Shown piece by piece: positions 24,622-37,294 of a stretch of DNA of 64,000 nt. The DNA lies in contig NC_043005.1 in assembly GCF_006345805.1 (NCBI RefSeq), positions 10,788,001 through 10,852,000 of the forward strand, in the 5' to 3' direction. The number at the start of each line of letters is the position of its first letter. Positions within the stretch are counted from its first letter, which is position 1. The DNA is from Octopus sinensis (Eukaryota). The notes under the pieces were generated by a model. It was not told where the DNA came from and did no database searches. It saw only the letters and a list, made by a program, of their open reading frames with translations. A program made the position numbers and the translations under genes.

Positions 24622-25042
24622 ATCTATTACCCTTGATTAGGTGCAATGTATTTTTTCCCCTTTACAAATTTTAGTTTTAAAACCTGGAGTTGTTTTAATC
24701 CCTCCTAGGCTGTGGTACAGTGAGTCATAGGGACTAGATTAGTATTGTTAATGTTTAAGATGGGGTTGTAGAATTTAGTGATTGAAGGAAGTGCATGGGT
24801 AATTGTTAATCTGAGAGAAATCCAAGGTTCAGTTTAGATGCTATGGACTACTCATGTTCCGCATTGATAACTCTCAGTCCAAGGGAGAATTCCCAGGAAA
24901 CTTTGATAAGATCACTCCTCACAGCAATTTGAATTTATTGATTTCTATGAACTGTTCTGAAAGAAAGGTGATAATGGCAGTAGAGGTGATGATAACATTA
25001 GTTAGTTGAATGGTATAATGTGTGTGTGTGTGTTTGTGTGTA

Positions 25043-25078
<36 letters not shown>

Positions 25079-25479
25079 AACTTACTTGGAGGAAACGAAA
25101 CGAAACGATGCGAGGGCGCTCAGTCATACAATAGTGTAATAAATAAAATATATGCATACATACATACATATATGTACGTACCTACATCTACATGTATATA
25201 TACATGCATATATAAATATATATACGTGAGTACAGGACACCACATAGTTTGCCAATTTCAGGAAAGCAGAGACTGTAGAAATGGTTCAAGAGATAGAATT
25301 ATGTCATGTCCTTATGTTTTCTCTCTAAGAACTAATTATTTTCTCCTGAAATATGTAGTAGAATATGAGTACCATCTTGCGTTCAACTATTTGCTTATGG
25401 CTGTGCTGGGCTAGTAACTCCACCCTTTTTTGTGTAGCTCTATGTTTATACCATTTGTTTTCTCAGAAAAAAAGGCATA

Positions 25480-25845
25480 GAAGGTATGGCAGTGTGGTAA
25501 GAAATTTGCTTGCCAACCACTTGATTCTAGGCTCAATCCAACTGTGTGCCACCTTGGGCAAGTGTTTTTTTACTATAGCCTTGGGCTAGCCAAAGTCTTG
25601 TGAGTGGATTTGGCAGATGGAAACTGAAAGAAGCCCTTTGTATGTATATGTGTTTGTTTCCCCCTCCCTACTAATGCTTGACAACCGGTGTTGGTGTGTT
25701 TATGTCCCCATAGCAGTAGTTTAGCAAAAGAGACTGATAGAATAAGTACTAGGCTTTAAGAAAAGAAATGAGTACCGAGGTAAATTCATTCGACTGAGAA
25801 CAGTGCCCCTGCATGGCCGCAGTCTAATGACTGAAATAAGGAAAA
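25480..25845 (+). mobile_element. SINE family A, older subfamily
   Basis: Diverged head, body and tail recognisable. Confidence 0.7.
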
Positions 25846-26335
25846 GATAAAGGAAGAGATAAAGACAACAGTATGATGAGAGGAAAGAAGAAGGTGATGA
25901 TAATAATAACAATAATAATGAAGTGGGGGGGGAAGAAATATTAATAACAGAGAAATAACAATTTCTAAGCCTATGTTTTGTCTGTAAAGATTATTTAAAA
26001 TATAAGATGACTGTTCTGATCAGTGATTGGTTTGTTCATAAATTGGATGTTAGATGATACCTTAGCCATATTATACCTTAAGAATTATATCTTTAGCAGA
26101 AGATTAAACCATAAACCTGTTTGTATCCAAATTCGGTTTGTTGTTTTGCACCTATCTACTGTTTTAGTTATGGAGAATCCTCTTCAGCTAAATGATAGCT
26201 GACCACGGCTCTTCTATATCTTGATGGTCTGTACTATTTACTTTCAAATAAGGCAGTCATTTTGTCCTATGTGTCAAAAGTTAATTTATTTCTACATGAA
26301 TATTGGCTAATTGATTTAGACTATATCTGCAAAAT

Positions 26336-26595
26336 GTGAAGGCACGCGGCCTAGTGGTTAGGCTATCGCTCTCATGATTGCTAGATCATGGGTTCGATTC
26401 CCAGACTGGGCAGCGTGTTGTGTTCTTGAGCAAAATACTTTATTTCACATTGCTTTAGTCCTCCTTTTGATCAAGTGGGGAATGTTGACCTGCTCGCACA
26501 GCCAGCGGAGTGGTGTCATTCAAAGGCTAAAATGCAGCAAAAGCATTGTAACCAGCGATGTGTAACAACATCTGATAGTCTGGTTGATCACGTAA
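26336..26595 (+). mobile_element. tRNA-head SINE (body 2 + tail X)
   Basis: A box CGGCCTAGTGG and B box GGTTCGATTCC; 3' ~100 bp match 18400-18500. Confidence 0.8.
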
Positions 26596-28770
26596 CACCT
26601 ACAAAATAATTTCTTCTCTCCCACCCCCCACACACACATCAATTAGCTGAAATAGAAAACTTCAAATCCACAGTCAGTGCCTATGGCTCTTAGCTTACTG
26701 TCAATTCTCTAAGCTATTGTTATTTTCAGTATTTGAAACTGTGTCTTCTGCTTATATATATTTGTTGTGTTCTTTATGCTCTTATGTATATACAAATGCT
26801 TAACTATTTGCTCTTGTACTTATTCTGTGTTATAGTTTGCTTACTTTAGGGTGTTATTAATCAGAAACATTGCTGACATCCTTTTTCAGAATTTCATATA
26901 TTTTTAACAAATGTCTATTGGAATTTATTATGTTAATGAACTAGGGGGGAAAAAAAGGAAAGAAAATAGATTGTTGTAATTTCACTTCTTTCTAATTACT
27001 ACCTGTGGTTGTTTAATAATCTTAAGATGAAAGTTTCAACTAATTCAGTGAATATAGGTGTTGATATAACTTATTGAGTCAGTGTTCCACTATTGGACTG
27101 GAAACATTCCTGTTATTTAATTGAATAGTTTTGATAGTCATCTCACTCACTGTGGGATTTTACCAATTTTTAACCTTTCTGTGACCCTATTTCTTATAAA
27201 ATACTTGTCTGTGTATTTTGATTAATTTTTTTAATAATTAAAAATTTGAAGGGATAACTAACTTTTTCCTTAATAAGCTGACATTTGAAACAACTTAAAG
27301 GGTTTTTAAATAAAGTCATGAGGAAAGCTTTCATTTTCTTATGAGAAAATCTCATAGAACCAGAGGCAGTCTTGAGTAAATTATTATAAGAGTTAATATT
27401 ATCTATATTTTTTAATGTGAAGCATAGACAAAAAGAAACTTTTTTTCAAAAAATTTCCCCCCTTTGTATCTTCGGTGTTTTGATTTTAATGACTTTGGTA
27501 TGATTTTGTCAGTAATACAACCAATTTAGGAGTAGTAGTCTTGCTTACACTGAATTTAATTTATGAAACCACCAAATGCTATTTAAGTGTATTTGGCTGT
27601 ACAAGTTTCCTCTGTTATTCAACAGTGTTGTCCATGTTACTGGGTTTTCCGATAACAAATACTGAACTCTTAATTTTAAACTCTTTACTAAACATTAGTC
27701 TCTTCTGAGACATTTTATATCCAATTTCAACTCATTGAGCTTCTGTTACTGAACAAAATTACCCTCTGATTCCACCTCTGTTGCCTTAAAAAGTGGGGCA
27801 AAGACATTAGAAAAAATTATCCCAGATCCCTAAAGAAGGCAGGGATGTTATAACTGGCTTACTTTCGATCACAAGTTTGCTCAGTCTGGCCAGTTTGGAG
27901 GATAACCAATAGTGACATGCAGATAGGAATTATTTTGACATCTTTTGAGTCAATCCAGTACTAGTTTCTAACATATTTTTCATACTAATAATAATGAGGC
28001 TTTCTAAGATTGGCACAAAACCATACGATTTTGAGGAGAGTACAGTCTTTTATATCACACACACACATCACCAGGTCTTCAATTGTACTTGTAATTGACC
28101 TTGGAAGGATGAAACTCAATCACCTTAGTAGGATTTGGATTGAAAATGTATTTGACGAAAAGACAACTTATTATTACAAGGCATTTTGTTTAGCCACTAA
28201 TTCTACCATACACATTTCTTAGTAAACCCTCTCCAATTACTGTTGTTGTCATAATAAGAACTCATGTTGTAGAATCTGTTTTGGTTATTTTACATTTTCC
28301 AACTTCAAAACATTGTGTAGTTTTACTGGTCATATTATAAGTATGAAGGGAATAGTTCTAAGTGCCAGTAAAATACTGAGGTTCTGTGTGATATAAGGAA
28401 ACACAAGTTTATGTGGTCATGATTACAAGTTTACTGGCTCTGAGCCACTACTCTACACTTTTGCTATGTTACACATATTACCTGAAGTTAACTTTGGTCA
28501 TAAGATATGTAGTTTACAGCTAAATATGCAAATTATCTTAAGGTACCTTTGACCTTTTCTGCTAGATATACAAATTACCTTGAAGTTACTACAGAAAACC
28601 TCTTTGAAAGTTACTATTAGATTATCACTAGTCATTCCTATTAGATATAGAGATTATTGCTTGATTACTCCTGATCATCCCTGATGAGTATGCTGGTTAA
28701 CTGTACATAATCATTGAACAAGAAATACAAATTACAGGAAAGTTGGCACTGTCATGGATACATGGGTTAC

Positions 28771-28997
28771 TTAACCCTTTAGTGTTCAGATTATTCTATC
28801 AAACATAATGCTTATTGATTCCCATTGATTTGAATTAATCATGCATTATCTCATATCTTCAAGATCTTGATGGTGTAATTACTTAATGTAGAATAACATT
28901 GTAGGGTAGGTGTGAGAGCCTGGATCTGGTCAGTTTGAACATAAAACAGATTAGCTATTTTGGCCAGATATGGCCGGTTTAAATACTAAAGGGTTAA
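28771..28997 (+). mobile_element. piggyBac-type MITE family B
   Basis: TTAA TSD and CCCTTTAGT/ACTAAAGGG TIRs. Confidence 0.88.
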
Positions 28998-29451
28998 GTC
29001 ACCTTTTATCCTTTCTGCAAGATATTCTCTCACTTGTTTATCTCTACTAGGTATACAAGTTGTCATTAGGTCTTCACTGATGACCATTCCCCACCACATA
29101 TATAGACATGTTACTGCTTGGTCAACAACATGGATCATCACTACCAAATGTATACACAGCCCATTGTGAGGTTAATATTGGTCACCATTACCACTGATGT
29201 ATATATATGTTACTACTAGATCAACATTTGAGTACCATCTCCATCAGCTCTACATGCTCGTTAGTCTGATAGGTCAACAGTGATCTTTACCAGCAGATAT
29301 ACATACATTTTACTGCTTAGTCACCATTGATTACTACTAGTTGTAGGTACTCTACTTCTAGGTCAACCTTGTTCTCCATCACCACCAAATATATATAGTT
29401 TGCTGCTGTGTCAGCATTGTGTGTTATCCCCATTTAATGTACAAACAGGTT

Positions 29452-29836
29452 GTGGAAGCGCAATGGCCCAGTGGTTAGGGCAGTGGACTCACGGTCATAG
29501 GATCGCGGTTTCGATTCCCAGACCGGGCGTTGTGAGTGTTTATTGAGCGAAAACACCTAAAAGCTCCACAAGGCTCTGGTAGGGGATGGTGGTGATCCCT
29601 GCAGTACTCTTTCACCACAACTTTCTCTTACTCTTACTTCCTGTTTCTGTTGTACCTGTATTTCAAGGGGCGGGCTTGTCACTCTCTGTGTCGCGCTGTA
29701 TATCCCCGAGAACTACGTTAAGGGTGCACGTGTCTGTGGAGTGCTCAGCCACTTACACGTTAATTTCACGAGCAGGCTGTTCCGTTGATTCGGATCAACC
29801 GGAACCCTCATCGTCGTAACCGACGGAGTGCTTCCC
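29452..29836 (+). mobile_element. tRNA-head SINE family D (body 1 + tail Y) with target-site duplication
   Basis: A/B boxes; flanked by ACAAACAGGTT (29441-29451) and ACATACAGGTT (29837-29847). Confidence 0.88.
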
Positions 29837-30374
29837 ACATACAGGTTACTGCTAGATTAGTATTAATCACTATTTCTATGAGTTGTTGGTTGGTTGGTTG
29901 GTTAGCACTGCTCACTCCTTCCTGATATCTAGGTTTTCTTACTACATGGAAAGTATTTTAAAGTTTTGTTTCCATTCTAGTCTCAATTCAGTTTTTATCT
30001 AACAGATTTTTAATTAAATACATTCCAACCATGAACACCTGTCTTTTCCTGTATGCAGTATTGCATTGTCCAATATGCCCTTGCTTTTATAAGATGGTAG
30101 CATGTGGTTTTAGGAAAACTTGACTGCTAATGTGTAAAATAACAGCACCCTCAGAAATAAAGTCCACTATAATGGTTGATCCAATGAAATATGTGTCTAA
30201 GAAACAAGTGTGTGTGTGTGTGTCTTGTATCTATGTAAAAGAAATTGTTACTATTGACAGAATTAGTAAAGGGTAGTATATGTTTCCTTTTATATTTTGA
30301 GTTCAAATCCCATTTTACCTTTCATCCATCCATTGTCAGTAAAATATGTACTAGTAATGCACTAATGTATTGAT

Positions 30375-30567
30375 CTTTAGCATTTAAACCTGCCATATCC
30401 AGTCCCAATACTCTTGTTGTTTTATGTTGAAACTGGCCAGATCCAGGCTCTCACATCCACCCTACAATGTCATTCTAAAAGTAAACAATTACATCTTCAA
30501 AATCTTGAAGATACAAGCTGCTACATTATTTACATCTGATAAATTAATTGGAATGCTAAAGAGTTAA
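30375..30567 (-). mobile_element. piggyBac-type MITE family B, degenerate
   Basis: Internal similarity to 24394-24621; eroded ends. Confidence 0.6.
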
Positions 30568-30952
30568 TCAACTGTTTCTTTCTTCAAAAATTAGTGGCAA
30601 GTTCCTCTATTGGGAGAAATCCTCCTCATCATCATCATCATTTAACATCTGTTTTCCATGCTGGCATGGTTTGCACGATTTGACAAGAACTGGCAAAGCC
30701 AGAGGTGTGCACCAGGTTCCAGAGTCTGTTTTGGCTTGGTTTTTATGGCTGGTTTCCCTTCTTAATGCCAACCACTTTACAGAATGTACCGATTGCTTTT
30801 TATATAGCACCGTCACCAGTGCCTTTTATATAGTATCAACACCAGTGTTTTTTATGTGGCACCAGCACCCACACCAATGCTTTTTACATAGCACCTTCGT
30901 TTTAGGATATCAGATACATGGCTTGAAATTATTATTATTGTTATTAACTATC

Positions 30953-31320
30953 ATCATTCATCATCATCATCATCATCGTTTAATGTCCGTTCTCCATGCT
31001 AGCATGGGTTGGATGGTTCGACCGGGGATCTGGGAAGCCAGAAGGCTGCACCAGGCTCCGGTCTTATCTGGCAATGTTTCTACAGCTGGATGCCCTTCCT
31101 AACGCCAACCACTCCGTGAGTGTAGTGGGTGCTTTTTACGTGTCACCCGCACAGGTGCCAGGCGAGGCTGGCCATAGCCACGGTCGGATTGGTGCTTTTT
31201 ACATGCCACCGGCACGGAAGCCAGTCGAGGTGGCGCTGGCATCGGCCCGTAAAAGGCGGACGAAGACGCCTCTAAGTATTGTGTCCGGCGTGCTAACGAT
31301 TCTGCCAAGCTCACCGTCTC
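30953..31320 (-). mobile_element. RTE 3' end fused to a SINE-C 5' fragment
   Basis: 31251-31320 is the reverse complement of a family C head; 30953-31250 is RTE 3'UTR with (GAT)n tail. Confidence 0.75.
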
Positions 31321-32462
31321 ATTATTATTATTATTTCCATTTCATTTCTCAGAGCTCTTGATTTCACTTGCTCTAGCTAATTCTGTAAGAGCCGGCAACA
31401 ATTTACTGTTAAGGAACTCACAGGTTTGCTTTCCATAATGATTAACATGCAAATACCAGTCTCAAAATGCTTGCTCTCCCTAATAGAGCAATTTTCTGAG
31501 TATGTTCAACTCTCATATCCCCCACCAATTTCTCCAACGAATTTCTCAAAACTGGTTAATGCTACAAATTTCTCAAATCTCATTAATACCTTGAATTTTT
31601 CAAATCTGGTTATTAATGCTACTGATCTCGCAAATCTAGTTGCTAATGCTATTATTATAATTACTGTTGTTGTTAGTATTTTCATATCTTTGGTGCATCA
31701 AAACACTGCGAGAAACCATTCATTAAGTCAACAATCAAATAAATTTGTGAACATACACAGAACTGAAGCACTTGTATAATCAGATATGGTTATAACATGA
31801 AAATATTGCGCACATATATATATAACTAAAAATAAGGGTGTCTGAGAGACACCACCATGTCGAAATAGCAGTCAAATCCCTCACTCTATGAACCACCTTA
31901 AATGTTCATATCGCACCATGAGATAAGACAGAGGGACAAAATAGACTAGCAAAAATATATTACTGAATAATTCAACATCCTGGATTTCTAGCTTTGCCTC
32001 AAATAAGCTCTGCTTTCATCAGTTGAATATATCAGATGGGCATACAAATACAAATATATATATTACAGAACAAACGTTATACTTACATATACGAACGTCC
32101 ATGCATACATATATATGCACGTATGTACAATACCAGTTCAAATTGCCCGCCAACCACCTCATAAACACGATATGGTCAAAATAAACACCGCAGTGAATAT
32201 AGTGACGAATTATGTAAAATTTATAAATAAGGATAATATCGATATTTAAATATCGATATTATCAAGTGGCCAGCATGGGAATAAATACCATACAAAAGTA
32301 ATAATTTTTTACAACTAAAAATAAGGATGTCTGAGAGACACCACCATGCCGAAATAGCAGTCAAATCCCTGACTCTATGAACCACCTTAAATGTTCATAT
32401 TGCACCATGAGATAAGACAGAGGGATAAAATAGACTATATAAATATATATATATACACATAC

Positions 32463-32674
32463 ATAGTGTCCACAAAAGTACTCTTTGATTTCAAACAGAT
32501 ATAATGGCCAGCTTGGATTTCCCTGCGTTCACATCAAAGATGGTATGTCACCTGAAAATAAAAGAAAATATTGTTTGGAAATCTGTGGAGACCATAGTTA
32601 TCAGTATATTTGAATTACATTAGATATCATCATAGTGTCATGAAATCAGGGAGTGTTTTTGTGGACACCCTGTA
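32463..32674. mobile_element. Tc1/mariner-type MITE
   Basis: TIRs (A)GTGTCCACAAAA / TTTTGTGGACACCCTG-TA. Confidence 0.7.
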
Positions 32675-32692
32675 TGTGATTATATAAATATA

Positions 32693-33176
32693 TCTATATA
32701 TATAAAACTAAACTTGTGTGTCTGTGTATTTAACTTCCCGGCACATCTCCCCCTAGCCAACAAATCGTAGAACCACCAAAAATGGCTCACTTAAAGTTTA
32801 GGCGAATGAAAAATGAACTGCGCTATTTCTGTTCCGAAATTCATCTCGCAAGTGCAAAAATCGATAATGTGTTTGTTTAGGCCTTATCCCATGCATTGAA
32901 TAGTGAACGTTACTCAGTCAGCTGTTTACGTGAACTATGTTCACCACACGTGCAAGCATGCATAAATTGCATGAAAAATAAAAAATCAAGATATAAAAAC
33001 GAATCGCCGTAAACATTGTAGAACTTCGGCAAAGAAATGAATTTTCGGGATGTAGCCTGGAGGGTTTTTTCGTATTAATCGTTTGGACTTTGTGAACACA
33101 TACCAATTGTTTTCATAACATTTTTAACGCTTTGAATTAAATGTGACCATTTTACAAAGCCGGGCAATACTGCTAG
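32693..33176 (+). mobile_element. Non-autonomous Helitron-like element
   Basis: A|TC start (TCTATATATAAAA), CTAG|T end; terminal CCGGGCAATACTGCTAG shared with 36031-36428. Confidence 0.7.
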
Positions 33177-33190
33177 TATTTTTATATTTG

Positions 33191-33401
33191 TACAGGGGTG
33201 CTGAAAAGTTCCTGGGATTAAGGGTATTGCGAAAGGCTTGGCTGGAAGCCCATTCTTCTGAGTTCTTTTATAAAACTTAGAAAAACTGAAGGACTACTGC
33301 AATAGGTGCGTGAATCTGAGAGGGGAATATGTTGAATAAAATCATAATTAACTGATCCTCCTGTATTTTCTGTTACCCAACTTTTAAGCATCCACCCCTT
33401 G
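33191..33401 (+). mobile_element. Internally deleted mariner element
   Basis: TA-CAGGGGTGCTGAAAAGTT / AACTTTTAAGCATCCACCCC TIRs; internal LEKLKDYCNRCVNLRGEYVE* resembles a mariner transposase C-terminus. Confidence 0.7.
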
Positions 33402-33486
33402 AATATGAATATGTGTTTACATACGCACATGAACATATCTACCTACATAAATACATACACACACTCACACATACATGCATGCATAT

Positions 33487-33790
33487 GGTGGGTTTCTTTC
33501 AGTTTCTGTCTGCCAAGTCTAATCATAAGTCTTTGGTTGGTCCTGAGATATAATAGAAGACACTCAAGATGCTTGAGTGTATATGTATATGTGTGTGTGT
33601 GTGTATTCTTTTACTTGTTTCAGTCATTTTGATGGAGGCCATGCTGGAGCACCGCCTTTAGTACAGTAAATCGTCTTATTCTTTGTAAGCCTAGTACTTA
33701 TTCTATCAGTCTTTTTTGCCGAACTGATAAGTTACGGGGACACAAACACACAAGCATCGTTTGTCAAGTGATGTTGGGTGGGGACAAATA
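33487..33790 (-). mobile_element. Two diverged SINE family A fragments
   Basis: Head-side fragment followed by tail-side fragment, both reverse complement. Confidence 0.6.
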
Positions 33791-34146
33791 TATACATACA
33801 TACATACTTTTATATATATCTTTGTGTGTGAGAAATTGTTACAGTAAATATTATATACATTTAGTGTCTCTGATTGTCACTCACTCCTACTCTGTTTTAG
33901 TTTTCCCTCTACTAGTGTGACTGATGGGACATACATTGCATTGTATTATATGTAAGATTATTGTTAAAGGTGGAAAGCTGGCAGAATTGTAGTCACACAA
34001 TGGACAAGCATTTTGTCTGTTTACATGTTCTGATTTCAAAGTTCATCAAGGTTGACACTCCTTTCAGGTCGATGAAATATGTACCAGTTATGTACTGGGA
34101 TTGATGTAATCAGCTACCTGCTCCCCACAATTTCAGGCCTTGTGCC

Positions 34147-34185
<39 letters not shown>

Positions 34186-36030
34186 TTTAATGTCCTCCTT
34201 CCATGCTGGCATGGGTTAGATGGTTTGACTGGAACTGGCCAGGTAGGAACCTGCGTCAAGCTTCTGTATCTGTTTTGACATGGTTTTTATGGTTGGATAC
34301 CCTTCTCAACACCAACCATTCCATAGGCCTTGTGCCTAGAGTAGAAAGGATTATCATTATTATTATTATTAAATATATGTAAATTCTAAGCTTTGCACAC
34401 ATATATTTGGAGTATATTTTATTTACTTAAGCTGTTTCCACAATTCTAGTGAAGTGGACTAAGCATTCAATTGATTTTGAAATTTATCATGAATTCAGCT
34501 GAATTTTGTAAGCCAACAAAACTTGTTCATTTTCTTTTTTAACTGATATCTGGAACATGACTTCAAAGGTTTTACATAAAAGTTTGGTGGAATGTTTTAA
34601 TTTAAACATATAAACTTAAAAGTAGCTTTGTATCATAAAGCTAGAAGTGTTCTCAGTTGTGGTATCAAAACAGTTAAATACCTTTGCTTGCATGAAGCTG
34701 GTCTGTTATTTTGTTCTTCGTATCATATTCACTGACTGGCCTACACTTTCTTCGACCAGTTTGCATTACATAAACAAATATTGGTTCCATTTCTTTTAGA
34801 ATATGATCAGCAATGTCAGGCCAAACTAATCACCTTATTTCACTTCTCTCATTTACAATGAAGCATAAGATTTTCTACATTTCTTTTTACTATTGCTTCT
34901 TCCCTCTTACTGGTTTCTTTTTTTTTTCTTAGATCTGTTAATTCAAAATCTCCATGGAGCCCTCAACCTTAGTCATTCGATCTGCTAGAAATAGCAGCTA
35001 TACACCTCTCTCAAATTACACCCTGTCATTTAAAAAACCCAAAAAGGACACATTATATAACGTAGGTCCACATATCCATGAGAAAACATCTGGAATGTCT
35101 TTAATAATACATTTTCTAACCTGGATATAAACAACAGCATCACCATAGTTATTGTCCTTTGTATCTTTCTGAATACATGGTATTACAATGACAGCATAAA
35201 GGCTATCTCTTCTAATCCTACTTCAAAAATAGCTACACTATCTTTCTCAGTTTCAAGTCCCAACTTGGTGCCGTAATGTGCTTACACCACTAGAATCTAA
35301 AATACCCATATTCACTGAGTATGTTCCCACTGTGTTTGCGTCATCTGAACAGACTATGTACATTCTCTATTGTAACATGAATGCTGCAGATTTCAAAATC
35401 ATTCACACTGGATTGTGATGCATAATTTGTAACCATAGATAAAAAAAAAAACAACAAAAAAAAAACCCAACAAAATAACCATACTGTATTCCTTGTAGGC
35501 ATATATTCTTGTGAAAGCATGTTAAATGTGTTTTTCATCCCTCTGCATTTAAAGCATGGAAGTTATTGATCTTAGATCTGCTCAGTCAAAGCTGACTCGA
35601 GATTAAACAACTACTTTAGTGATATTTAGTCTTTTGGGCTTATCCATTCTATCCATTAACAAACATATAATATATATGTTAATGTAAAGAAAAAAAAAAT
35701 TCAATTTCGATCTAGCAGCTTTTCTTATGTACATCTTGACAAAGATGCTAATTAGGTAGGTATGTGTTTGAGTCGTTTGAAGGCCTTTACTATACTGTAT
35801 ACACATGTAAAAAGCAAATTTCAGAGCAATGTTTTCAAATTACTGAAAATAGTGCAGCAACAGTTGTAGTTGCAGTAACCATGGTGATGGTGACAGAAAA
35901 AGAACAATTAGTTACTAAAGTGATTCTTATTTATGAGCAGTTAGCAGTGACTAAAAGATCTCTTCCGAAGTGCTAGTTAGAGCTGTCTGTTGTGAACAGT
36001 GAGTTTAGTTCAGTTAGACCTGGTCATATA

Positions 36031-36428
36031 TCTATATATATAAAAGAGAGGTTGTGTGCTGTCTGTCTCCTACGATTTAGATTCCTAACTACTCCCACAT
36101 TTTGCGGTGCAGTGTAACCAAAACCGGGTATCTTATAGTCGTGATTCATATCGAGCCTTTCTGGGTATTAGCGCACGTCTACGATGAGTCTACGATTTAA
36201 AAAAAAATTTACCATCAATTTTTCCCATTTTTAATGCATTTTTGGCATATATAAGGGAAGTAACCCTCTAAAAATTTATTATTAAATCTCAGAACGTAAA
36301 AAGCTACAGTAACCCACCCACCCTTTGTGGTTAACCATATTGAGATGGCTATTATACTTTACATCTCTAAAAATGCTTATATAGTTATTTCCCTTACAAA
36401 CCCGAGCAACACCGGGCGATACTGCTAG
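36031..36428 (+). mobile_element. Non-autonomous Helitron-like element
   Basis: A|TC...CTAG|T, no TSD, subterminal hairpin CCCG-AGCAACAC-CGGG; second copy at 49746-50123. Confidence 0.8.
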
Positions 36429-37294
36429 TATTATATATACACCATTCTCAATAATCGTAAAACTCATAATAGTTGTTACTTTAATTTCTTCAGAAGTATT
36501 GTTTTAAAGAACCGATTAAGCAGGTCAACTGAAAGCAAACCTGTTCTTGTGGCTTTGAGATAGGGGACTTTTTTTAGTAACATGGCTGTACAAAAGTACA
36601 CAAGAACCTGCAAGGTTCTTGTGTACTTTTGTGCTCAGAAAAATTCAGATCTTTTTTAATTCTACAAATTCATAGATATGCATCCTTATCATCAGTATTA
36701 TGTTTGCTTTTTTATTCATTGGCATGGGTTGGCTGAGACATATTTTTCATGGCTGGATGCCCTTCTTGATGCTAAGCTGTTTAATCACCTACAGTACATG
36801 GTGGTATAAAGTACCTTATCTAGAAATTGTACTACATACGGTATGCAGTTTATGTTAGATTAAGACTTAGTTATCTTCATGAGTTTTCTCAGGTTTTATC
36901 AGCGAACTGTTTCGAATGTCACTGTAGGCAGGAGTTTCATCACTCTAAGGTAGTTAACAGTCAAGAAATGCTCTCATCATTTGGGACACAATGTTGATAA
37001 AGAAAGCAATTGAGTATATGCTACTTGAATCCATAGAATCCAGAGCGAAATGCAATGTGGCCAAGTCCTCAGCTAAATGACAGATGATATAGTGAAACTG
37101 TTAGGAGTTAACCAAACTTTTTCTCCACAAAGTTACTTGCTAGAAATATGAAACACCTTACTGTCTTTAAAAGGAAAGGACACAATGGATAATATAGTAT
37201 AAAATATATTGTGTCAAAAAGAAAAAAGAAACAAGAAAGCCTTAGAACATTTCAATCAGTGTGTCTGCTCAGTATTTCGTTGGTGAATAAGGTG

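Noticed and set aside
25081-25250. CpG-rich (GAAAC)3 segment as a ribozyme or PLE end
   Set aside because: No CTGANGA core or pairing stems found on either strand.
36893-36949. 57-nt candidate exon TTCTCAG|...AAG|GTAGTT
   Set aside because: Stop in the phase-1 frame, weak donor, no recognisable domain.
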